From Azolla caroliniana (lineage: Eukaryota; Plantae; Polypodiophyta): a stretch of 64,000 nucleotides of DNA. Shown here in pieces: positions 12,355 through 21,686 of this stretch (positions are counted from its first letter, which is position 1; every line of letters begins with the position of its first letter). The position numbers were made by a program, and so were the translations under genes. Below the pieces are notes generated by a model. That model ran no database searches. It was not told the DNA's origin and saw nothing but the letters and a program-made list of their open reading frames with translations. Location: positions 13,826,001-13,890,000 of the forward strand of contig JBHGNT010000012.1 in NCBI GenBank assembly GCA_043228905.1, in the 5' to 3' direction.

Positions 12355-13473
12355 TTACTCATTTAACACATCATCTAATTGGCTCAAGACATCAAATGTA
12401 TTTTTATGACAGGGACTACTACGCCTACTTGGGTTACGAGAAGGCGGGGTAGAAATTGAGATGGGATTGTCATGAGCACTTACTTGGTTAACTTGTCGTG
12501 GTGGTTTATGTGGACAATTCACAACAATATGCCTTGGACCACCACAATAGAGGCATAGACGATTCACTCGCCGTCGTTGCTTTTCAGCATCCGATAATAG
12601 TCCTCGACGTCGTGTTGTCTCGATTTCTATTGGAGTAGGGCCTTCCACCACACTTGACTTTGATACTTGGGGTGGAGTTGCAACCACTGAAGCATATGTT
12701 TCTGTTGGTTGAAAGCGTAACATTTGTTGGCGCTCAGAACGCCACTCAAATAAGCGATTGTCACATCGCACGGCCCGGCTTACTGCTTCAATAAGAGATT
12801 TTGGATCATCATGGAAGGTAAGAAGTAAATCCTTCACATCATTGCGCAGACCTTGACAAAATTGGTCCATTAATGCCGCCTCGTCCCATGGAATATCGCA
12901 TGCTAGAAGGCGAAAATTTGCAGCATAAGCGGAAGTAGGAAGATCTCCTTGTCGTAATCGCCGAATTTTGTTTATTGCAGTCCTCATACTATTAGTGTCT
13001 CCAAAGTTGGCTTGGAACTCATTAATAAAACCTTCAAAATCTTTTAATAATGGTGAGTGCTTCTCTAGAAGTGGTGCAAACCACGCCAATGCAGTACCCG
13101 TTAACAAGGTACCAACTAGACCCACACGAGCAACATCAGTTGGGTAACGGCTAGGATGCAATTTAATCACAAGCCGTACCTGATTTAAAAATCCACGAAA
13201 TTGAGACCTTGTACCATCAAACTTGGCCGGCAGACTAATCTTGGGTTCCTTCGGCGAGGTTTGAACTTCTGCCGCTTGTCGTTGCAATAGAGTAGTCTCC
13301 AATTGATGCACCCGTTGAGATAATTCTTCATATTGTTGTACTTTCTCAACACTTTCTTGTTGTAGGTCTCCCAACAATCTTTGATTTTCATGCTCTAGTG
13401 CCAAGAATTTGGTTGTTAGCATTTTGAGCTCAGAGAGAACACGCATATATTCTTGCTTGCTGACGGACTCCAT
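12355..13473 (-). CDS. gag: C Gag (372 aa; capsid-like domain and CCHC knuckle)
   Basis: Open ORF with LPAKFDG, ALAWF, LRQG, GLRNDVKD and CLYCGGPRHIVVNC. Confidence 0.93.
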   Translation of the reverse strand: MESVSKQEYMRVLSELKMLTTKFLALEHENQRLLGDLQQESVEKVQQYEELSQRVHQLETTLLQRQAAEVQTSPKEPKISLPAKFDGTRSQFRGFLNQVRLVIKLHPSRYPTDVARVGLVGTLLTGTALAWFAPLLEKHSPLLKDFEGFINEFQANFGDTNSMRTAINKIRRLRQGDLPTSAYAANFRLLACDIPWDEAALMDQFCQGLRNDVKDLLLTFHDDPKSLIEAVSRAVRCDNRLFEWRSERQQMLRFQPTETYASVVATPPQVSKSSVVEGPTPIEIETTRRRGLLSDAEKQRRRVNRLCLYCGGPRHIVVNCPHKPPRQVNQVSAHDNPISISTPPSRNPSRRSSPCHKNTFDVLSQLDDVLNE

Positions 13474-13553
13474 AGTTGCGATAGAAAATTGCTAGATTTG
13501 GTTGAATAAGGTTAAGATAAGAAGAAGAAGTTGGAGAAGAAGGAAAGAGATAA

Positions 13554-13564
13554 ATTCGGTTCAA
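13554..13564 (-). promoter_or_regulatory. Self-priming-type PBS of C
   Basis: TTGAACCGAAT lies 2 nt after the 5' LTR and is the exact reverse complement of ATTCGGTTCAA (13731-13741), 33 nt from the TATA start. Confidence 0.8.
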
Positions 13565-13566
13565 AC

Positions 13567-14061
13567 TGTCGTGACTTGAGAATAGGAGAGAGAAAAATAA
13601 GATGACAGTAGAAGGTAGAGGGGGAGAGAGAGAGAGAGAGAGAGAGAAAGAACACTAGAAATGGAAAGAGAGTTTATATTATAAGAGAGCAAGGATTACA
13701 AAGAGTAGGCTAAGAGGCTACAACCTGGTGTTGAACCGAATGAGTTGTGATGAATGAATAGACACCTATTTATAGGTCCTTATGGAGTATTCTAGAATGT
13801 TCTAGAATGTTCTAGAATATTTTAGATATTTATGATATTTAATATAATCATGGAATATCCTAGAATGTTCTAGAATACTCTAGATTGTTCTGGAATACTC
13901 TAGAATGTTCTAGAATACTCTAAATGTCTTGTAATAACTAATAATACATTTATTATAACTATACATCATATATGTTAGTATAATGGTTAACGGTCTAACA
14001 TATAGACCAAGACGTCTTAGGCTCGAATCCTTGTAAGGCCAAAATGTATGTCGTCATGACA
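13567..14061 (-). repeat. C 5' LTR (495 bp)
   Basis: Direct repeat of 8222-8730. Confidence 0.95.
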
Positions 14062-14066
14062 AAAGC

Positions 14067-16456
14067 TTGCTTTGGAGACACCGACAACATCAGGACGGCG
14101 ATCAACAAGATTCGACAATTGTGTCATGGCGATCGTCCAGCCTATGCCTACGCGGTTGATTTCCGTCTAGTCGCCTCAGATATCCCCTGGGATGATCAGG
14201 CACTAATGGAGCAGTTTCGCTACGGCCTGCGAAACGATGTAAAAGATTTACTTTTAACCTTCCCCGAAGAACTAAAATCTCTTATAGAGGCAATCAGTCG
14301 AGCGGTTCGATGTGACAACCGCCTTTTCGAACGGCGTTCCGAACGTCAATTACAAATACCACACTCTAGGCTAGAACCCACATACGCCTCAGTCACGGCT
14401 AAATCGTTCGCATGCGACGTACCTCAAGCAAATACTCCAACACCGATGGAGATGGACACCATGCATCGACGTGGCCCGTTATCGGAAGGAGAAAAGCAAC
14501 GACATTGTGCAAATTGATTATGTCTTTATTGCAGTGGACCAGGGCATATCACAATCAATTGTCCCCATAGGCCAAGAAGACAAGTAAATCAAATCGTAGC
14601 CTGTACTAAACCCGAGTCAATTCTTCCCTTAGGAGTGTCTGATAGTATTAATAATATTAATACAGTGTCTGATAGCATTAATAGTACTAATAGCCCAAGT
14701 ATCTCAAACAAATTTGAAATCCTTAGTCAATTAGATGAAGAGTTAAACGATTGAGTCCAGCCGAAATAGGAGCCGTTTGGTTGGACAACCCTAGATTTGT
14801 ACAACCCATTAGTGGTTCCATTCCCTCCAACCAAGTTAGCAATGTGTTCCTAGCCGAAGTCATGGTTAGTACTAAAAGTACTCCCCCAATACAAGTCCTA
14901 GCACTTTTAGATTCCGGAGCCAATTCCTGTTTCATGGGTCGAAATTTTGCCCAAGCTTCTCAAATATCCTTAAGAAAACTTCCTTGCCCCACATCTGTAG
15001 TAGTCATTGATGGTTGTCCCATTGCTTCCGGGAATATTGTAGAAGAGTCAGAACCCATTCAGGTTGTCCTAGTTAGTTTTGTGTGTGTAGTATCATTTAA
15101 TATAATTAGTAGTCCAGAGCATCCCATTGTCCTGGGATTACCTTGGTTTGAACTACATAATCTAGACATAGATTGGAGAACAAGAGAAGTTCGATATCGA
15201 CAACCCCAAGAATCTACTCATCGAGTTTCGACCATTTCACTACGTCAACTACGCGAAGAAGGACACAAGGAGGCAATGTTCCTATTTGCCATATCAGTAC
15301 ATCCTTCCAGCAATATTAAGGAGGAATCCTTAGTGCAACTTCTGGCGAAATATCATCCTTATGCTGACGTATTTGACAAGGTAAAAGTCGATACTCTTCC
15401 TCATCATCGTCCCTATGATTGTCGCCTCGATTTACAACCAGGAGCAGAGCCACCATGGGGACCAATCTACAACTTGTCACCCACTGAGTTAGAAGTCCTT
15501 CGAGCCTACATAGAGGAGAACTTGGCAAGCGGGTTTATTCGTCATTCGAAATCTTCGGCCGGAGCACCCATCTTCTTTGTCAAGAAGAAAGATGGCTCAC
15601 TTCTTCTCGTCGTTGATTACTGTGGCTTAAATAAGGTCACCATCCGGAATAGGTATGCACTTCCTCTTATATAAAATCTTTTAGAGCGAGTTAATGGTGT
15701 CAAGTTTTTTACAAAAATCGATCTACGAGGAGCATATAACCTCGTGCGAATCCGACCGGGAGATGAATGGAAGATCACCTTTCGCACGCGGTATGGGCAT
15801 TTCGAATATACTGTTATGCCGTTCAGTCTAACAAATGCACCCGCACCGCAGTCTTCCAACACATGGAAAATGATATATTCAGAGACCTCTTGGATATCTG
15901 TTTGATCATCTATCTGGATGATCTATTGATTTATTCGAAGACCCAGGAAGAGCACGATTCTCATGTACTATTAGTACTAAACCGGCTCCGTGAGAATGGT
16001 CTTTATGCCAAGCTAGAAAAATGTAGCTTTGACTGCAAGCAAGTGGAATTTCTAGGCTACATTATCTCCTCAAAGGGCATCTCCATGGATCCAACTAAAG
16101 TCCAAACTATGCTAGAGTGGAAAATTCCACGGTCAGTACGAGATGTATAATGTTTTCTAGGTTTTGCTAACTTCTACCGCAAGTTTATACAACATTACTC
16201 GAAGATTATTTTACCTCTCACACAACTTACGAAGAAGGGACAAGCATTTCTTTGGTCCAATGAAGTGGACATGGCTTTTCGGCATCTTAAGAAAGTCTTT
16301 ATGTCAGCTCCTATTCTAGTGAACGTACTTGGGAACCCATCAAGCATGTCACCAATGCTCAAGATCTTCTTCCTGAGTTCCATCGAAAGTATCCAAACAA
16401 ACTCGGTCCGCAATCAGTGCCGACTCGTTCCACTCGTCACCTTAAGGGGGAGATAG
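14067..16456 (+). pseudogene. pol: B gag C-terminus, protease, RT and chromodomain tail (large deletion at ~16320)
   Basis: [19 protein letters not shown] and YLDDLL. SAPILV is joined directly to the chromodomain end [10 protein letters not shown]...FHRKYP. Confidence 0.9.
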
Positions 16457-16899
16457 TGTCATGATATGGAAAAACTCGAACCCATGACCTTCTGTTATAT
16501 GGGTCGAGCTCTTGACCATTATACCATCTATGGTAATACGTAGGATATTTTTTTCATTTAAGTTTTATTATATAGGAAATTAATGTATATTCTAGAATTC
16601 TCTAGAACATTCTAGAAGCTTAAGGACTACACCTGAGAGCACTATAAAATGAGGCACAAGGCATTGTTTTGAACCAAATTGGTTCAATGCCAATCTTAAG
16701 ACTCTTAGCCACTTTGTACTTATCCTTCACATAATATATTAGCTGTTATCATCATCTCTCTCAATCTCATCCTCGCTATCTCTCTCTCCTCTTCTCTCTT
16801 TCTCTCTCGACAATCTTACGCAGTCCCGTTCTCTTAGTACTAATAATACTTCTCTTCTTTATTACTAATTCTCTCTCTGCTTTAGAACTATTCCTAACA
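16457..16899 (+). repeat. B 3' LTR (443 bp)
   Basis: TGTCATGA...CCTAACA after the PPT. U5 is about 97 nt longer than in the 5' LTR. Confidence 0.9.
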
Positions 16900-17620
16900 C
16901 CCATACCCGGTAACCAAACTCATCATCGCCGTATCCAAGGAATATGCATGGTCGGGACTTCGGATCCAGGTTTGCTCTCTTGTCCTTCGCCACATGCACG
17001 TATGTGAGACACCCGAACACCTTCAGATGTCGGTAAGACACATCCTTACCAGTCCATACTTTCTATGGTGAGTCTCCGTCCAAGGGTACTGAGGGTGATA
17101 TGTTTATCACATAGGTCGTCGTCGTTAGCGCCTCAACCCAAAACGTCTTGGGTAACTTGGCATGTGCGAGCATGCTCTGGACTCTCTCCATTATGGTCCG
17201 ATTCATCCTTTAGGCCAACCCGTTTAGTTCCGGCGTCTTCGAGCCGGATTCCCTCCGACTGGCAGTACTCCTCGAACTGCCCCCGATATTCTCCTCCATT
17301 ATCTGCTCGAACCGCTTTTAGCTTCCGGCCGGTTTCTCTTTCCACTCTCGCGTGGAGCTCCTTGAAGACGGATAACACTTGATCCTTCGTCTTCAATGGT
17401 GAGACGCACAACTTCCGGAAATGGTCATCTATAAACGTCACGAAGTACTACGATCCAGCATGTGATTTCGTGTCTACTTGATACACATCAGTATGCATCA
17501 GCTCTAGTGGTGCATTCCATCTCATCGGTGGTATTGACTGGAAAGAGGTGCGGTTTTGCTTGCCGACCAGGCAGTCGGTGCACTTCTCAAGTTGCACATC
17601 CTTCACCGGAATGAGGTTGT
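16900..17620 (-). pseudogene. pol: Copia A integrase
   Basis: CTDCLVGKQ, LELMHTDV, FIDDHFRK, RADNGGEY and HLKVFGC. Confidence 0.92.
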
Positions 17621-18083
17621 TGTTATTGCTAAGGCCGAACAACAGCCTAACATAGGGTGTCCACTTAAGATACGTCACCAAAGGGTGGTATGACAGAATG
17701 ACTTACGGCACAACGCTTAATTAGACCTTAATCGATTACTTAGCCATCCGTAATTAACACGCGTAAGATATAACAATAAATACAGAACGGTAATCCACTC
17801 TTGAAGATTAAGACAATAAGCTTTATTAATTATCCGCTCCTCATTACATTGTAACCGGGCCTTTATATAGGTCTCCGGTGCGAAATACAAAACGGTGCCA
17901 ACCGACACCTTTACGGAATCGTTCCGGATCCGGATCGGTATACTGATTCCGGTCCGTCCGTCCACATCTTCTTATATAATAATATGTATATATTAAGACT
18001 ACTAATTACAACAGTTCCCGAATAACTATTCCTTTCACACTCTGGTTTGGACCTCCTCAAGCCTTCTTTGTCGGCCGGTAACA
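17621..18083 (-). repeat. D 3' LTR (463 bp)
   Basis: TGTTA...TAACA, direct repeat of 33812-34271. Confidence 0.95.
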
Positions 18084-18124
18084 CATGGCACGCCTGTGGG
18101 ACAGTACCTTGTACGTCGAACCTA

Positions 18125-20866
18125 CTATCCGGCCCTTTTACGCTTCGTCCAAAATGTCCAGAATGCTTTGCTCCAAAATTTCCAATGGCTCGTCAGGAAT
18201 CTGTTGTTGCTAATGTGGCTGCGGTTGTTGTTCCGTTTGTGGTTGTGGCTGCTGCTCCGTTTGTGGCTGTGGCTCCGGCGTTTCCATCGTTGCTTTCTCC
18301 ATCGGAGTTGTCTGTGGCTAACTGACCCCGGCATGTTCCCCCTTCGGTCTTTGCACTGGCGACGGTTCCTCATCACTAAGGTTGATCGTTGCCGCCTTTC
18401 GCGCTTTTTCTTCCCGGAGCCGGGACCGCTCATAGCTTTCGAACTAGATTTGAGCCTCCAACCGATCATCGTCCAGTTGAGCTATGAGCTGCCGAACCTG
18501 CACCAATTGTTCATCCGCCAGGGCTGTGAAATCTTCCGCCAGCTCATCCCTGATGGTGGTGAAGTCCTCCGAGGTCAGCATATAACAGTCGTCGCCCTCC
18601 TTTCGCCGGTTTTCAACGTCTGCCCTAAGCAATTGGAGTTCCGCCGTATTCTGCGCCCATTTTGCCCACCAACGCACAAAGTTGTCATCAATCAAGCTTT
18701 TGGTCTTAGTCAGCCATGACCGGAGGATGCACTGGATCCGTTCGGCTCCCATTTGTGATTTATTTTCTACGGCTTGTCGCTCTTCCTTCAACTACTTGAT
18801 GATCTGAACCGTGTCCGCCTCCTGCTCCCTATAATGCGACAATTGAGTTTGATAGGTTGTTTGCAACCTCTGTAGTACCATTGTCGCTCTTTCCTTGTCT
18901 TCATGGTTCTGTTTGTGGAGCTCCATCCGGTCATTCGCCACTTCGTCCAATAGCCTGGAACTTTCCGCTCGTTCTTCGGCGAGTGCCGTTGTGGCCCTAT
19001 CAACCTCTTGCCGGAGCTCGGCCATCCGTTCTTGTTGTTGCTTATGCTCTGTCTCCAGTTGCTTGTAGTCCTGATGCAGATGATCGAAATCATCGGTCTT
19101 CTGCTTCAGTCGTTGGTTGATCTGACGGCACGCGCGGTCCTCCTTGTCCTTCTGTTGATGGAGCTCTTCCTTCAGCCTCTCTATTTCCGTCTCCGCCATC
19201 CGTCGCAAGTTGTCTTTTTCCTGCAACACTTTCTCTTTGTCCTCCTTCAGCCGGTCGTAAGCATGATGTCCTTTACGTAGGTTTTCCTCTGTCCAGCGAA
19301 GGTTCTCAGCAATCTTTCTTAATTCTTCTTCGGCCGCCTTCTTCAAGTCGCGTTCGCGGCTCCGTAATGCTTCTTGTGCGGCGAGCTCATCTCGTAATTG
19401 CGCAAGCTCTTGGGTTTGTGCCACCTCTTTCTCCGGGATAGTTTGTGTCTCCGTGGTCTTATTCTTCTGTACATCAACGGGAGTCACCGGTGCTTGGACC
19501 TGCGTTGCGGTTAAGGCCATTTTGGCCATATCTCCTGTGATCCGATCCAAGTCTTGCTCTAGGCACCGGATCCTTGACCGGGCCGTCTCCAGTTCATCGG
19601 TTGTGACGAGCAACCGTTCCGTTTGCGCTCTTTCCTCCGCCTCTATGCATCCGACTACTCCGGCAATTTGGTCTCCTATCCACCGGAGCCATTGGCTGTC
19701 GGTGCACTGTTGTTGCGCTTGCACGGAGAGTTGGCTTATGGGTTCATTCGCAGGTGGCTGGTTCCGTCGTTCTGCGTCAAGTTGCGCTTCTGGTTCAGCC
19801 AGCTAACCACTTTGCCGTTCCGGCTCTGAGTGTGTTTCGGCTAGTTGCCCCTTGTCTGCTTGTTCTTGGCCGGCTGGGGCGGTTGGCCTTTGTATCTCCG
19901 GCTCTTGGGTGACGGGGCTTGCCGGTGCTGCCTGTTGTGCTGGGACTTCTGTGACCGGTTCCATCCGAACCGGTTCCGGTGCCTCCCTTGGCGTGGGTTG
20001 CTCAGCATGAGTTGCGGGCGTTTCATCCTTCTGTGGGTCCGAATGCTTCCCGGCTGATTCAACGGTGCTCTTCACCGGCCTCTGCTGGAGGTGCTCCGTG
20101 GGTTTTTCCTCCATTTCTTCCGCCTAAGTCCCGACATTCATTCTTGCCACCAAGGTGTCCGTTTCCTGCTGCCCCGGTCGGTGGAGTGGGCTCTTCAAGG
20201 GCCGTGCCGGTGTCTCCTCGTGCGTGTCCGTCGGTCGCTTCTGGCTAGCGCACTCCTTCGCCGCCTTCTCTGCTTCAGCAGTCTTCCCCTTAGTGGGCTT
20301 GGAGGCCAACAGTTGTTACCGTTTCGAAGCAGGTTTCGGGGTGCCGTCCGTTGCTCTTCCCCGCTTCTTGGTTTGGACGGGCTCGACCGGTGGCGCCAAC
20401 AGGGTGAGCCATTGTGTCACCGTATGCCATATTTTCCGGCCTTCCTTGCCGTCCTTTCCTCTTACTATATCAATCGCCGTACACAGCCTGTCGGCGATCA
20501 ACACCGGCCAATCCACCTTGACCCCTTCGTACGTCGCGATGATCAAGCCTGCTCGGTTCTGAGGCATGACGGGGGGTCGAGGGTACATGTGGCGAAACTC
20601 GTGGAGCACACGGGCAATTTCACGGAATAGCATATCTTCGCCTCCCTGTGTCCTATAGCCCTTGCTGGCTAGAGAGTACTCACCGAAATATTTGATGAGT
20701 TGCTCGGGGGTAGGATTGTCGATCGTGTAGATACCTCCCTCCGGAAGGCCTATTAACGCACGGATCGCCTCCTCCGTGATCACCTCCGTGTCGATTTCTT
20801 TTATAATCTTCTCGGCCTCCTTGTGTGGCGCCGCCTCCATGATCGTTAAGAAACCCTCCAGACCGT
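18125..20866 (-). pseudogene. D extra 3' ORF (roughly 900 codons, frameshifted): globular N-terminal domain, P/E/Q-rich linker, long coiled coil and conserved C-terminal domain; N-terminus lies at 27497-27545
   Basis: Consecutive same-strand ORFs 20316-20840, 20124-20309, 19803-20114, 18792-19724, 18444-18791 and 18125-18469. Removing E joins MDCQTLSKATKKWLRQNG to LEGFLTIMEAAPH in frame. Confidence 0.8.
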
Positions 20867-21526
20867 TGTCGCGTTGTTACGCGCGTGCGTGGAGAACAAG
20901 GCGGGACCACTGGGGTCTTGGACCGAGGAATAGGTGAGAAAAGGGAGAGAGAGTGAGAGACGTTCACACACGTATAGACAAAGAAGCGCACGGGGACGTG
21001 ACCTAACAACACAGGAGACACGAGTTGAGCAGGAGATAGAGTATAAGAACAATAGTGTATGTATTTGTATGTATGCAGACGACTCGAACAGTTACAGCCG
21101 ATCAGGTCGGCGAGATGGATGCCGATGCCTGATCACCCACGCACACGGGGGAGCAAGATGGAGATTCTGCTGGAAGCACACGGGCGTTCCACGGAGCAGA
21201 ATCAGCCTCTTGAGAACCTGCGCAAAAGAAAGCTATGGAGAACGACAGAGAAGAAGAGCTCGGTCCGAGTCTAACAGCACTTCCTCCCCTCTAGCGCGCG
21301 ATCCCTTCTCTCCCCGTCTCCCTCTCTTTTATAGCTCAAGGAGGGAGGCCGTTTGACCCGTTTACATCACATTAATTCTCTGTCCTTTCGGACAAAGATA
21401 CTCCTCGATTCTCCCTATAGAATATTGCTACCTATCTACTATACAACAAGGGGCATGCCCACGTGTAAGGGCCGGTTCACACACGCTATACACGGTTTGC
21501 GCCTAGGAACGGTTTTCTTCACGACA
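20867..21526 (-). repeat. E 3' LTR (660 bp)
   Basis: TGTCGCG...CACGACA, homologous to 26785-27492 and to solo LTR 54667-55337. Confidence 0.92.
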
Positions 21527-21686
21527 TCCGCCCCCACCTAACCACGCATCTACCGGTATGCGCAAAAACTGGGTTCCTATTGGAGAAAACCGATCCTTGC
21601 TTTTATTCCTCGTTTACAGGCTCGTCCTCCGCCTCGGGCTGCTCGTCATTGCTGTCTATGCCCCCTAGCTCCGGCTCACCGTCGTG

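Larger units (their letters stand above)
8222..14061 (-). mobile_element. Tcn1/Tf1-like chromovirus C, full length with a few lesions; TSD AAAGT/AAAGC
   Basis: Highly similar LTRs 8222-8730 and 13567-14061. TSD at 8217-8221 and 14062-14066 (one mismatch). Domain order gag-PR-RT-RH-INT-chromo. PPT AAAAAAGGGGATAA. Confidence 0.95.
7325..16899 (+). mobile_element. Tcn1/Tf1-like chromovirus B (degenerate; RNase H and most of integrase deleted); TSD CCCAT
   Basis: LTRs 7325-7670 and 16457-16899. CCCAT at 7320-7324 and 16900-16904. PPT AAGGGGGAGATAG. Removal restores copia EFGYRVWDLVDRKVFQSRD. Confidence 0.93.

Noticed and set aside
16775-16890. Extra ~97 nt in the B 3' LTR as a sign of recombination between two elements
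   Set aside because: The perfect TSD CCCAT and restored host frame show a single insertion. An indel in the CT-rich tract explains it.
18792-19724. Host myosin- or SMC-like gene
   Set aside because: The coiled coil lies between paired LTRs with a TSD and has a counterpart in element J, so it is element-encoded.
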